Below, piece after piece: positions 38,487 to 48,943 of a stretch of DNA of 64,000 nucleotides (position 1 is its first letter; each line of letters opens with the position of its first letter). The position numbers were made by a program, and so were the translations under genes. Origin of the DNA: Candidatus Bathyarchaeota archaeon (GTDB lineage Archaea > Thermoproteota > Bathyarchaeia > TCS64); the NCBI GenBank assembly GCA_016930055.1, contig JAFGHP010000082.1:3-64002 (forward strand), read 5' to 3'. The notes under the pieces are model-generated. The model was not told the DNA's origin. It ran no database searches and saw only the letters and a list, made by a program, of their open reading frames with translations.

Positions 38487-38696
38487 ATGATTAATCATAA
38501 AGAAAAAATTGTTGATAACTTAGCAAACCTAATTTACGATTCCTATGGATCTCGCTTAAATGAAAAAGAGAAAGAAGAAATACGGAAAAGCATTGTACAA
38601 TCATTGGAAAATGTAGATAAATTAAAAAAAGTTAAAATTGAAAATGGTGATGAACCATATAATATTTTTATACCTTATAGGAAGGAAAAAACATGA
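38487..38696 (+). CDS. small hypothetical protein translationally coupled to the amidase
   Basis: 69 aa. ATGA overlap with the 38693 amidase start. Charged, helical composition. Confidence 0.35.
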   Translation: MINHKEKIVDNLANLIYDSYGSRLNEKEKEEIRKSIVQSLENVDKLKKVKIENGDEPYNIFIPYRKEKT

Positions 38697-40084
38697 ATAT
38701 ACTTCATTTTTCCTCCATAAGTGAATTATCAACAAAAATAAAAGAAGGGTCATTATCACCAGTTGAATTAACTAATTTTTTTCTTGAACGATTAAAAATT
38801 CATGGACCAAAACTTAACGCTATTGTTAACATACTAACTGAAAGGGCTCTTAAAAAAGCAAAAAAAATGGAAACCGAAATTGGTAAAGGTAAAATAAGAT
38901 CGATTCTTCATGGAATACCTTATGGTGTAAAAGATCTTATTGCTGCTGTTGGTGCCCCAACATCATGGGGGGCTGCACCATATAAAAATCGAATAATCGA
39001 TTATGATGCAACAGTTGTTTCACGTCTAGAAAGTTCTGGAGCAATATTATGCGCCAAACTAGCTATGATTGAACTAGCAGGTGGAATGGGTTATAGACAA
39101 CCAAACGCAAGTTTCTCGGGGCCATGCAAAACACCATGGAATCTAAATTATTGGAGTGGGGGGTCAAGTAGTGGCTCAGGATCATGTGTTGCAGCAGGTT
39201 TAATTCCTTTTTCTATTGGTTCAGAGACCTGGGGAAGCATTTTAAGTCCAGCAAATAATTGTGGTGTCGCAGGTTTAAGACCTACTTATGGCAGAGTTAG
39301 CAGACATGGTGCAATGGCACTTAGCTGGACATTAGATAAGTTAGGGCCTCTGTGTCAAACAGCTGAGGATTGTGGTTTAGTTCTTGAAACAATAGCCGGA
39401 TTTGATTCTAAAGATCCATCAACTACGCATAAAAAATACAAGTTTATGGAGATTCATAAAGACTTTAAAATAGCTTTACTTAAAGGAAACATTGAAAATG
39501 CTGATGAAACAGTATCCAAAAATTTTGATAATGCAGTTAAGGTAATCGAGAAATTTGCTATTATTGAAGAAATTAATTTCCCAGAATTCCCATATGAAGC
39601 AGTTACACGGATAATTCTTAACGCTGAAGCAGCAAGTGCTTTTGAGGATTTTATTGACAACGGTTTAAGTCACGAACTTACAGCACCAGAAGACAAATAT
39701 GGCGGATACTCTAGACTAGTGGTTTTTGCTAAAGATTATTTAAGAGCATTAAGATTGCGTGGGAAAATGGTTAAAATCGCTGAAGAGATAATGCAAGATT
39801 ACGATGCAATACTAGCTCCAACAAGTAAAAGAATGCCCTCACCCATTCAACAAGAATTCAGACGCTCCACAAGAACTACGCCAAGCATTGACATCACAGG
39901 CTCAGTTGGTAATGGGGCAGGGCTGCCATCAATATCTGTACCTTCGGGTTTCAATGAAGAGGGTTTACCAACAGGAATACAATTCATGGGAAAAGCTTAC
40001 GATGAAAATAGTATAATTTCAATTGCAATGGAATATCAAAAACATACTGAATGGCATAAAAAACATCCTCCAGAATTTCAATAA
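38693..40084 (+). CDS. amidase-signature family amidase (GatA-like)
   Basis: 463 aa. Amidase signature GGSSSGSGS and a Ser-cisSer-Lys triad region. Confidence 0.8.
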   Translation: MNILHFSSISELSTKIKEGSLSPVELTNFFLERLKIHGPKLNAIVNILTERALKKAKKMETEIGKGKIRSILHGIPYGVKDLIAAVGAPTSWGAAPYKNRIIDYDATVVSRLESSGAILCAKLAMIELAGGMGYRQPNASFSGPCKTPWNLNYWSGGSSSGSGSCVAAGLIPFSIGSETWGSILSPANNCGVAGLRPTYGRVSRHGAMALSWTLDKLGPLCQTAEDCGLVLETIAGFDSKDPSTTHKKYKFMEIHKDFKIALLKGNIENADETVSKNFDNAVKVIEKFAIIEEINFPEFPYEAVTRIILNAEAASAFEDFIDNGLSHELTAPEDKYGGYSRLVVFAKDYLRALRLRGKMVKIAEEIMQDYDAILAPTSKRMPSPIQQEFRRSTRTTPSIDITGSVGNGAGLPSISVPSGFNEEGLPTGIQFMGKAYDENSIISIAMEYQKHTEWHKKHPPEFQ

Positions 40085-40193
40085 AATGATGATTTCTTTA
40101 TAATTTTTTCTCAATATTTGGTAATTCATAGATATTAATTAAAACATACCATATAATTTTAGCATGGAAGATACGATTCAGTAATGTTTACTG

Positions 40194-40892
40194 GTGACTT
40201 CATTGGAGGATCTAATAAAGAATCTGATTGTAATGCTTGCTTGCTATGGTTACATTTTAGCTATGATAGTAGTATCAGGAGTCTTACCTTTGCCACATAA
40301 TATAAGTAGAAAGTTCTTGCATGCTATGATCGGGAACCTTCCTTTTATTATGCCCTTTTTCACTAATCCTATTTTCCCATTCCTTGTCGCATCGCCTTTT
40401 ATCATTATAACCTTTTTAGCAACACCATATTCTCCAATAAAAATTGGAGGAAAACTTGGAAAGTTAGGTGATCTCACAGAAGAGGGGCATAGTCTTGGTT
40501 TAGTTATGTATGCAATAAGTTATACGACTTTAGCTTGGTTTTTTGGAACGAAACCATACATTGTTGCTGCAGGTATTCTACCTATGGCTTATGGTGATAG
40601 CTCTGCTGCTTTAATAGGAGTATATTATGGAAGACACAAATACAAATTTATTGAATCTAAAAGCTTTGAAGGATCATTGGGGATGTTTATCGGTAGTTAC
40701 ATAAGTATACTAATTAGTTTAAATTATTTCAGTAATTACTACTATCTGAATTTAACTAATTTCTTTTTATCTGCTTTAATTATAGCTTTATTAGTTATGG
40801 TTGTAGAAGCAGTATCTCCTAAAGGAATAGATAATCTTGCTATTCCAGCTATTGGTGCAATTTCGTTTATTTTCTTAAATGGAGGTATTTAA
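40194..40892 (+). CDS. CTP-transferase-1 family membrane protein (dolichol/phytol-kinase or CDP-alcohol cytidylyltransferase-like)
   Basis: 232 aa polytopic membrane protein. YGDSSAALIGVYYGRHKY resembles the C-terminal GD..A..G signature of the CdsA/DolK/phytol-kinase family. Confidence 0.45.
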   Translation: MTSLEDLIKNLIVMLACYGYILAMIVVSGVLPLPHNISRKFLHAMIGNLPFIMPFFTNPIFPFLVASPFIIITFLATPYSPIKIGGKLGKLGDLTEEGHSLGLVMYAISYTTLAWFFGTKPYIVAAGILPMAYGDSSAALIGVYYGRHKYKFIESKSFEGSLGMFIGSYISILISLNYFSNYYYLNLTNFFLSALIIALLVMVVEAVSPKGIDNLAIPAIGAISFIFLNGGI

Positions 40893-41471
40893 TTGGTTCT
40901 GATAATTATTGATGGATTAGATGCATCAGGGAAAAGCACTCAAGCTGATTTATTAATAAGCCATCTAAAAAATATTAGGAAAACTTATTTTTTAAGATCT
41001 CATCCTTCGGATGATAATTTTTTCGGTAAAAGGGCAAGAGAATATTTATTCATTAAAACTAAAAACGCACATATTGCTGCAAGTTTATTTTATTTATTAG
41101 ATGTGATACGTTCAATTGTTTTATACAGTTGGAGGTCAGCAGATTATGTCATTTATGTACGTTACTTATTAGGAACCGCTTATTTACCAGCTCCTTTACA
41201 TAAGATCACATTTCTTTTCTTCTCAAAAACCGTGCCTGTCTCAGATAACATGTTTTATTTAAAAGTCAGTCCAGCAGAAGCTTTTAGGCGCATAGTTAAT
41301 AATCGCGTAAAAATTGAAAGATTTGAAACATTAAATGAATTAAATAAAACCTCCGAAAAAGCAATGGAATTAATAACAAATAGTAAATGGAAAATTATCG
41401 AAGGAGATCAACCAGTTAAAGAAATTCATGAACAGATTCTAAAAAAAATAGGATTAAAAAAATTAAAATAA
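40893..41471 (+). CDS. P-loop nucleoside/nucleotide kinase, thymidylate-kinase-like
   Basis: 192 aa with a TTG start 1 nt after the upstream stop. IIIDGLDASGKSTQ resembles the dTMP kinase P-loop, but the lid motifs are divergent. Confidence 0.55.
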   Translation: MVLIIIDGLDASGKSTQADLLISHLKNIRKTYFLRSHPSDDNFFGKRAREYLFIKTKNAHIAASLFYLLDVIRSIVLYSWRSADYVIYVRYLLGTAYLPAPLHKITFLFFSKTVPVSDNMFYLKVSPAEAFRRIVNNRVKIERFETLNELNKTSEKAMELITNSKWKIIEGDQPVKEIHEQILKKIGLKKLK

Positions 41472-41612
41472 GAAATTAATTTTTAAGAAATAATATTCTA
41501 AAAATTCTCTTATGTTTTATAAATTATACACAAATTATGAATAAAATACTTATAATGTTTTAATATTTGTTTTACTTTTTGAGGTTAAACTTTAGAAAAC
41601 GATGGTGAAAAT

Positions 41613-42281
41613 TTGCATAAGTTAAAACTCGTCATATTTGATTTAGAGGGGCTTTCTTTTAATGATACTATTAATGATGTAACAATAGAAAACTTATGTT
41701 TATATGAGGCAATTAAAGAAAAAAATCAAAAGATCACAATTAGTGAGGTTAAAAATCTTCTATACAGAAATCCAAAGAACATACTAAAGAAATATCTACC
41801 TGATTTTAGTTATGAAAGTTATAAGAAATATATTGAATTTTTAAATATTAATATTAAAGAACTGAAAGAGGTTAATGGTGTATGGGAAATTTTTCAATGG
41901 TTTAAAGCACATGATATTAAAGTTGCTTTGGTCAGTAATTTGCCAGCTTTAATAGTTAAGCAAATACTTGATAATTTTGGATGGTTAGCTAATGAAGCTT
42001 ATGATTACTGGATTTGTAGTGAAATTGTTGAAGAGTGGAGACCTAGTTCAATTATGGTTCGAAGATCAATGAGGCATTTCAATATTTGGAATCTTAAAGA
42101 AGTTATCAAAGTCAGTTCAACGCCTTCAGGTATACTTGAGGGGAAAAATGCTGGTGTACTTACGATAGCTATGAAATCAAAAGGATATTCTGATTCTGAA
42201 TTATTAGAGAAAAACCCTGATAACTTCTTCCTAAATTTTAAAGAGTTGCTGGGTTGGTTGAAGGAAAATGGTTTTATTTAA
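41613..42281 (+). CDS. HAD-superfamily hydrolase-like protein (divergent motif I)
   Basis: 222 aa with a TTG start. VIFDLEGL takes the place of the hhhhDxDG motif. VALVSN (motif II-like). Confidence 0.4.
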   Translation: MHKLKLVIFDLEGLSFNDTINDVTIENLCLYEAIKEKNQKITISEVKNLLYRNPKNILKKYLPDFSYESYKKYIEFLNINIKELKEVNGVWEIFQWFKAHDIKVALVSNLPALIVKQILDNFGWLANEAYDYWICSEIVEEWRPSSIMVRRSMRHFNIWNLKEVIKVSSTPSGILEGKNAGVLTIAMKSKGYSDSELLEKNPDNFFLNFKELLGWLKENGFI

Positions 42282-43515
42282 TGTCTGGTTCTTTGACTAG
42301 AAAAATAACTGTAAAAAAAATTGGTATAATAAATAAATATTGTAACCAAAAGGGAAGTTGATGGTCGACGTTATCATAGATCCATCCCCCCATTATTGCC
42401 CCTATACTTGCTGTAAGCATACCCCAAAATCCACGGCTACCATTAACTTTTCCTCTATGTTCTTTTGGTACAAGATCAGCAGTCAAAGCATTTGCTGCAC
42501 TTCCCATCATAACTTGCAGAACACCAATCATTGTCATGGATAAAATAAGTCTCCAAAAATCCCCATAAACAAAAAGAGGTATCGCAATACCCCATAGTAT
42601 ATAGGAAAATATTATTGGCTTCTTCTTTCCAATAATATCTATTAATTTACCTCCAGGTATAGCAAAAATTATCATTGTTATAAATAAGCTAGCCATTATC
42701 CAGCTAAGTTGAATCTCAGTGATAAGAAGATCTTCAATAATGTATAAAACAAAAATGGGCATAAACATTTGAATTGCGAAAGACATTACAACATCCACTA
42801 AAAATAGTATAAAAGCAGTTTTAGGTACTTTTTCCCATACAGTAACACTCTCTTTAAGACTCTGGGGATAACTTGAAACGATTTCACGGAAATTTACTGG
42901 TTTAGGGTCTTCAAGGGTTTCAGTTAACCTACTTCGAATTAAAGCCGACCCTAAAAAAGCTATTACTACCAATCCATAACTTAATCTCATACTGGGTATT
43001 AGACCCATCCTCAGATATAGAAAACCCGCAAGTAATGGTGAGGGAGTAGTGCTAACGCTCATTATTAAATTAATTAGACTGAACGCCATTCCTCTTTTTT
43101 CACTTGGTACACTGTCTGCAACTAAAGCATTCATTGCAGGTAGATAGATCATTGTGAAGCCAGTAATTATCGAACCTAAAAGAATCCATTCCCAGTTTGG
43201 AGCAAATACATAGAGAACACGAGCAAATCCAGCAACTGCAGTCATACTAAAAATTAACCATTTACGTCCATACTTATCAGCAAGGTATCCCCCCGGGATT
43301 TGTGAAAAAGCTTGAGAAAGGTTTGCAGCTGCTTGTATTAATCCGATAGAAGACGCTGTACCGCCAAGAGCTTTAATGTAAAGTGGATAATAAGTTGTTG
43401 GGAGTTCATTAAAGAAATCCATAAAAAACCAACTTGTAAGCATTATTGCAAAATTGCCAGTTACAAAAGCAAATTCTCTACGTATTTTACCCTTGAAACT
43501 TCTTTCTTCAGACAT
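42274..43515 (-). CDS. MFS transporter
   Basis: 413 aa with 12 predicted TM helices. GYLADKYGRK loop 2-3 motif typical of the major facilitator superfamily. Confidence 0.75.
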   Translation of the reverse strand: MSEERSFKGKIRREFAFVTGNFAIMLTSWFFMDFFNELPTTYYPLYIKALGGTASSIGLIQAAANLSQAFSQIPGGYLADKYGRKWLIFSMTAVAGFARVLYVFAPNWEWILLGSIITGFTMIYLPAMNALVADSVPSEKRGMAFSLINLIMSVSTTPSPLLAGFLYLRMGLIPSMRLSYGLVVIAFLGSALIRSRLTETLEDPKPVNFREIVSSYPQSLKESVTVWEKVPKTAFILFLVDVVMSFAIQMFMPIFVLYIIEDLLITEIQLSWIMASLFITMIIFAIPGGKLIDIIGKKKPIIFSYILWGIAIPLFVYGDFWRLILSMTMIGVLQVMMGSAANALTADLVPKEHRGKVNGSRGFWGMLTASIGAIMGGWIYDNVDHQLPFWLQYLFIIPIFFTVIFLVKEPDIK

Positions 43516-43675
43516 TGAATGCCACTGAGTTCAGCAACTGTAAAAGTATATAAACAAAACGAGTATCTTTCAATACCTGTAATTTTTCATCTTTGTCTTT
43601 TCGAGCATTTTTAAGGATCTTTTTAACGTTTTAAGTTTTTTTTATTACCGTTTTAAAAAATTATCTCTAGATATG

Positions 43676-45268
43676 TTATTTTTCAATTTTTATTGATCCT
43701 GTTGATGTTTTTGAGATATATAATGGTTTATTATAAGAAGAGGTTTCATTGGGGTAATCTTTTCTATAATGAGCGCCTCTACTTTCTTTTCTTTCCATTG
43801 CACTCCTTATAATTATTTCTGCTGTATCAAGACCCATTAATAATTCTAGTGCACTAAGAACCATCTGTCCATCAGCTGCTGAAATTCTATAAGCCATGTT
43901 TCTTAAGTCAATTATTTCTTCAAAGGCATCACTTAGACTAATGCTATCTCTAATTATTCCAACTTGTGCCCACATTGTTTCTCTTAGTCGATTCATGAGA
44001 ATAAATGCGTCAAAACCTGATTCTCTTTTTTGTAGTAAATTATATTTTTCGTTTTCTTCTTCTACTAGGTCTTCAAATAATGTTTTGCTTCGTTTATTTT
44101 TTTTCGCATTCTTTGCAGCTGCAGCACCAGCTCTTTTACCAAAGACTATTGCTTCAGTTAAAGCATTACCACCATGTCTATTCGCACCATGAACTCCACC
44201 CACAACTTCTCCTGCAGCATATAAACCTGGAACACCCGTGTAACCGTTTTCGTCTATTACCAATCCACCCATGCAAAAATGACTAATTGGGGCTACTTTG
44301 AAAGGTTTTTCAAGGGCTTTAAGCTTCTCAACTAGAGTTTTCATTAGCCCTTCTGAGGCTATTTCTTTTTGGCTCTTTTTTTCAAAGACTTCTCTAGCAT
44401 CTATTAGAACCGATCCATCAACTCCTCCCCCTTGATTAATTTCAATCATCATAGCACGGCTAAGCAGATCACGACTCTTTAAAACATATGGTCTAGAAGT
44501 AATTCTATATTTTTTAGGGATATCCTCCCCTAAAGCATTCATTATTTTGCCTTCTTCCGCGATTGTACCTCCGATTAAAGAAGGAGGTACTCCTGCTTCT
44601 GCTAAAGCGATAGGAAAAAACTGGACAAACTCCATATCTCGAAGTTTTGCTCCTGCATGATAACCTAAACTATATCCATCACCCGTAGTATGTAAAGGGC
44701 AATCAGTTCTTTTGTAGAGGGCTCCTGCTCCTCCCGTAGCCAGTATGATTGTTTTTGTTCTAATTGTAATAGAGTTATTATTATGAAAATCAAAACCAAC
44801 AGCCCCTATGATTCTTCCTCCTTTTTTCAATAATTTAGTGATGATAATATTTTCATAAAATTCTATACCTAAGTTTTTAATGTATTTAACCATCGGTTCA
44901 GTTAGTGCCCATCCAGGGGTTGGGGCTTTACCTACACTTATGCCCTCTTTATTAATCCTAATATCAACACCGTATTTTTTCAACTCTATGCAGCATTTTT
45001 CTCCTTCATTAGAGAGAATTTTCAAAAGTTTAGGATCATTAATATTCTTACCAACCTTCATTGAGTCAAAAAAATGTTCTTCAGGAGTTAGGTCATTTAT
45101 TGCAGCCCTAAATCCCCCACCAGAGACAAAAGTAGAATTATTCATTCCCATTGGAGCTTTAGAAATAATAATGATTTCACAGCCTGTTTCATATGCTTCA
45201 ATAGCTGCTCTCAAACCAGCTGCTCCGCTTCCAATTACTAGAATATCTGTATCTAATACTGATACCAT
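43676..45268 (-). CDS. FAD-dependent flavoprotein of the L-aspartate oxidase / succinate dehydrogenase-fumarate reductase flavoprotein family
   Basis: 530 aa. ILVIGSGAAGLRAA FAD fold, RDMEFVQFFPIA (EFVQFHPT-like) and RHGGNALTEAIVFGKRAG motifs. Length fits NadB. Confidence 0.75.
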   Translation of the reverse strand: MVSVLDTDILVIGSGAAGLRAAIEAYETGCEIIIISKAPMGMNNSTFVSGGGFRAAINDLTPEEHFFDSMKVGKNINDPKLLKILSNEGEKCCIELKKYGVDIRINKEGISVGKAPTPGWALTEPMVKYIKNLGIEFYENIIITKLLKKGGRIIGAVGFDFHNNNSITIRTKTIILATGGAGALYKRTDCPLHTTGDGYSLGYHAGAKLRDMEFVQFFPIALAEAGVPPSLIGGTIAEEGKIMNALGEDIPKKYRITSRPYVLKSRDLLSRAMMIEINQGGGVDGSVLIDAREVFEKKSQKEIASEGLMKTLVEKLKALEKPFKVAPISHFCMGGLVIDENGYTGVPGLYAAGEVVGGVHGANRHGGNALTEAIVFGKRAGAAAAKNAKKNKRSKTLFEDLVEEENEKYNLLQKRESGFDAFILMNRLRETMWAQVGIIRDSISLSDAFEEIIDLRNMAYRISAADGQMVLSALELLMGLDTAEIIIRSAMERKESRGAHYRKDYPNETSSYNKPLYISKTSTGSIKIEK

Positions 45269-45344
45269 AGTACTATGTTATTCACAATTAGTTTTAATAA
45301 CTGATCCTTTTTCGATTCTGCCCTCTAATAGTTTATTAATAATA

Positions 45345-45815
45345 TTAATCATTCTTGGTTAATTTAATTAAGCAGAAATCTTCAGCTGACTCTCTTGTTA
45401 TGACAGGCTCAATTTCCAAGTTTTTATCAATTTGCATTAACGTGGCTCTAATTGATGGTAAAACCAAATTACTGCATAACCCATTTAGAAAATAACCACA
45501 GTCTATGCCTATTTCCAGATAGAGTTCGTTAAATGGGCATTTATTGATTAAAAAAGTGTAGCTGTCTTCTGTTTTTTTATGTATTTTAATATCAGCCCCT
45601 GTTTCAGTCATGAATGCTTTGAATATTTCTGCTCCTTTTTCAATAGGGTGAAGTGTTTTTGGTAAGTTTTTTTCATATCTTTTTGCTATAAGTACACCCT
45701 GTTCAGTTGATGCTGATTCTAACATTTGTAATGCTTCTCGCGTCCCCAATTTTTTAATAACTTCAATTAAGTATAATGATAACAAAGTATAACCATAACT
45801 ATAATTTGTAGTCAT
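45345..45815 (-). CDS. hypothetical protein
   Basis: 156 aa. No recognisable motif. Confidence 0.4.
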   Translation of the reverse strand: MTTNYSYGYTLLSLYLIEVIKKLGTREALQMLESASTEQGVLIAKRYEKNLPKTLHPIEKGAEIFKAFMTETGADIKIHKKTEDSYTFLINKCPFNELYLEIGIDCGYFLNGLCSNLVLPSIRATLMQIDKNLEIEPVITRESAEDFCLIKLTKND

Positions 45816-45908
45816 ATGTTTGATGCAGTGTAGAACTTTTTAAAATTTTTTACTAAGATAGTTTGCATTCTTATTCCTTTTATATGTAATAACTTTATTT
45901 TTTAATTT

Positions 45909-46814
45909 TTATTCTAGGTGTTTGTATATTGCGGCAGATAAAAAGAAAGCAGTTAAAGTGAAAATTATTATGCCACTTGTAGCAATATTGAAAAGTGCTG
46001 AAGTAAAAATCCCAACTATTACACTTAGTACACCTATAATAACTGAAATTATTGAAGTTTTTTTAAATCCTTTATTAAATTGAAGTGCTGTTAGACCAGG
46101 CAAAACTAGCAGAGCAACAACTAAAATCATACCAACGACTTTTATGCTTAAAACAATAGTAACTGCAACAAGAATGTTTAATCCAGTTTCTAAAACATTT
46201 ACTGGAATACCCATAAGTCTAGACGCTTCTTCATCGAAAGTTATTGATAATAATTCTTTGTAAAAAACTATTATTAGAATAAGTGTCACTATTCCTAGAC
46301 TCGAAATTAATATTAAATCAAATTGGCCAATTGTTAGAATACTACCAAATAAATAACTGAATAAATCAACATTAAAACCACCTGCAAGGCTAATTAGAAT
46401 TAATCCTATACTGAAACCAATTGATAACATTACAGCAATTGCTGAATCAGATTGTGCTAATCCTTTTCTTCTGATATAATTAATCAATAATACACCAATA
46501 ATTGAAATAATTAGTGCAGTTAGTAACGGGTTTATTCCAAGAAATAGTCCAAGTGCAATACCTCCAAAACTGATGTGTGCGACGCCGTCTCCTATCATTG
46601 ATTCTTTCCTTAATATTATAAATAATCCAATCAAAGCACAGACTAGAGCAGCAATTGAGCCACCAATTAGAGCATTCTGGAAGAAATGGTAACTAATTAA
46701 TTTTAATGGGTCAAACATCCTCAAATAATCCCTCACACATATGTTCATGGAAAACAAATCGGAAATGCTGCCCATACGCTTTTTTAAGAACTTCCGAAAA
46801 TTTGTTTTCGTCAC
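45909..46814 (-). CDS. znuB: metal (Zn/Mn) ABC transporter permease
   Basis: 301 aa, 8-9 TM helices, ABC-3 family pattern. Lies in an operon with the ATPase and substrate-binding protein. Confidence 0.75.
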   Translation of the reverse strand: MTKTNFRKFLKKRMGSISDLFSMNICVRDYLRMFDPLKLISYHFFQNALIGGSIAALVCALIGLFIILRKESMIGDGVAHISFGGIALGLFLGINPLLTALIISIIGVLLINYIRRKGLAQSDSAIAVMLSIGFSIGLILISLAGGFNVDLFSYLFGSILTIGQFDLILISSLGIVTLILIIVFYKELLSITFDEEASRLMGIPVNVLETGLNILVAVTIVLSIKVVGMILVVALLVLPGLTALQFNKGFKKTSIISVIIGVLSVIVGIFTSALFNIATSGIIIFTLTAFFLSAAIYKHLE

Positions 46815-47493
46815 TAATATCTGCTACATTCACTTCTCTATTAACGCAAACAACTCTTCCCATTCTACAAAAAACAGCAGATAGATCGTGGCTTACATCT
46901 AATATGGTAACTCTAGTTTTAAGGTTTAAATCACTTAGTTTCATGTAAAATCTTTCTTGGGTTTGTGGATCAACGCCTGAAACAGGTTCATCCAAGAATA
47001 GTATCTCAGGGTCTCTAACCATTGCTTTTGCTACAAAGATTCTTTGTTTTTGACCACCACTTAAATGACCAATTCTTTTATCAGCAAAATCGTTTAACCC
47101 CATAAATTTGAGCATTTCATCTACGCGTTTCCAATCTTCTGGTTTTAATTTTTTACCAATATTTCCTCTATTAATCCTTCCAAGACTTACTAACTCCCTT
47201 ACTGTAAGTGGAAAATCTTTATCAAAACTATTTGATTCTTGACTGACATAAGCAATTCTTTTCCATTCATTAAATGACTCTATCGGTTCACCAAATAGGG
47301 TTATTTTTCCTTCATCTTTTGGGAGTAAACCTAAAATTGTTTTTATTAAAGTTGTTTTTCCTCCACCGTTGGGTCCTACCACTCCAACAAAATCTCCTCT
47401 AAAAATCTTCAAATTTGCTGATTTAATTATTTTTTCCCCATTCCTAGAGACGTTTAAATCTTCAATATCTATTAAAACTTCTTTTTCATCCAT
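46711..47493 (-). CDS. znuC: metal ABC transporter ATP-binding protein
   Basis: 260 aa. Walker A GPNGGGKTT, signature LSGGQKQR, Walker B ILFLDEP. Confidence 0.85.
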   Translation of the reverse strand: MDEKEVLIDIEDLNVSRNGEKIIKSANLKIFRGDFVGVVGPNGGGKTTLIKTILGLLPKDEGKITLFGEPIESFNEWKRIAYVSQESNSFDKDFPLTVRELVSLGRINRGNIGKKLKPEDWKRVDEMLKFMGLNDFADKRIGHLSGGQKQRIFVAKAMVRDPEILFLDEPVSGVDPQTQERFYMKLSDLNLKTRVTILDVSHDLSAVFCRMGRVVCVNREVNVADISDENKFSEVLKKAYGQHFRFVFHEHMCEGLFEDV

Positions 47494-48437
47494 TATTCAT
47501 TCAACCCCAAATTAAGATTCGTTAAGTTTTGCTTCATTTGTTCTAAATAATCAAAACCATCTGTCTCACCATTCATATGATAGATTTTTAAAATTTTAAT
47601 TTCTTTACTAGATTTTCTACTTAGTTCCTCTTTTATTACTTGGACATATATATCAGAGTATCCTGGTTCTATATAAAAAACATCAGCTTTTTCATTTAAC
47701 ATAATTTCTATAATTTCAGACAATGTTTGTGTACTTGGTTGTTGATCGGCAGATAGTCCAATAATGCTGTATTGAGTCAGATTATAATCTCTAGCGATAT
47801 AACCAAAAGCTTCATGAGTAGTAAAAAAGACTCTTTTTTCTAAATTATGCATTTTTTTATTGTATTCATTTTCAATATTTTCTAATTTTATTTTTAATTT
47901 ATTCCAGTTCTGTGAGTAATACTCTGCATTTTCTGGATCAACTTTTAAGAGTGCTTGATAAATTTTTGTTGCTTGTAATATTGCCATTCGAGGACTTACC
48001 CATGTATGTGGGTCGTATTGTCCATGTTCCTCTATTTCTGTTTGTTCAGTATTAGTTATTAGGTTAAGTCCTGAAGTTGTGTCGACAATAATTTTTCCTT
48101 CAGTGTTAATGATTGGAAGTATGTCTTCAGTTATCCAATTATCAAATCCAGCTCCATTATATATTATTAAATCCGCATCGTTAGAAGTGATTATACTCTT
48201 CATAGAAGGTTGCCAACTATGGGCTTCAACTCCTGGTTCAATTAAACTGATTACTGAAACTTTTTCAGCTCCGATCTGTTCAGCAATATATGCTAAAGGG
48301 TAAAATGTAGCAACGATTTTTATGTTACCTTCTGAAACGGTTCCTTGGAATCCTACTGATAAATATAAACTTGAAAATAGGATTATTAAAACAATAATTG
48401 GTATTGTTGATAAAAGTAACCGTTTCTTTTTTTCCAT
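47493..48437 (-). CDS. znuA: metal ABC transporter substrate-binding protein (ZnuA/TroA family)
   Basis: 314 aa. N-terminal TM/signal anchor. The TroA-like fold pattern includes a His-rich region (EEHGQYDPHTW). Confidence 0.75.
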   Translation of the reverse strand: MEKKKRLLLSTIPIIVLIILFSSLYLSVGFQGTVSEGNIKIVATFYPLAYIAEQIGAEKVSVISLIEPGVEAHSWQPSMKSIITSNDADLIIYNGAGFDNWITEDILPIINTEGKIIVDTTSGLNLITNTEQTEIEEHGQYDPHTWVSPRMAILQATKIYQALLKVDPENAEYYSQNWNKLKIKLENIENEYNKKMHNLEKRVFFTTHEAFGYIARDYNLTQYSIIGLSADQQPSTQTLSEIIEIMLNEKADVFYIEPGYSDIYVQVIKEELSRKSSKEIKILKIYHMNGETDGFDYLEQMKQNLTNLNLGLNE

Positions 48438-48519
48438 AAGTGGTTTAAATGTTTGGAACCTAATAAAGAATTTCTACTTATTAATAAAAAATATTATATT
48501 ATTATAAGATTCTTAATAA

Positions 48520-48912
48520 TTGATATTAATGCCTATTATTAGCATATCTATTAATGATAATTTATTGAAAGAACTTGATAATATACAGGCAGATTATGGT
48601 TATTCTGGGCGGTCTGAATTGATAAGAGCCGCAATCCGTCTAATTGTCAATGAATCAAGGGATAAACGAAAAACAACAGGGAACATTGTTGCTCTTTTAA
48701 TAGCTCTTCATAGATATGATATTAAACAACACGTTACTCATATTCAATCAAAATATCTTGACGTGATTAATACTCAACTACATAGTAAATTTAAAGAAGG
48801 TAAATGTATGGAACTTTTTATCTTAGATGGAAATGCTGCACGAATTAAAGAATTAAGTAACGAGTTGCAAAAAAACGAAGAAAACGATTATGTTAAATTA
48901 ATCATTATTTAA
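48520..48912 (+). CDS. nikR: NikR-family ribbon-helix-helix metal-responsive transcriptional regulator
   Basis: 130 aa. N-terminal RHH (ISISINDNLLKELD...GYSGRSELIRAAIR) and a C-terminal ACT-like domain with His/Cys metal ligands (HRYD...HVTH...C). Divergent from the znu operon. Confidence 0.65.
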   Translation: MILMPIISISINDNLLKELDNIQADYGYSGRSELIRAAIRLIVNESRDKRKTTGNIVALLIALHRYDIKQHVTHIQSKYLDVINTQLHSKFKEGKCMELFILDGNAARIKELSNELQKNEENDYVKLIII

Positions 48913-48943
48913 GTTAAATTCTATTTACTGGAGAATCAGAGAA

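Noticed and set aside
48438-48519. Attempt to define the NikR operator palindrome in the znuA/nikR intergenic region.
   Set aside because: The region is almost entirely A/T, and several imperfect dyads are possible. None can be preferred without comparative data.
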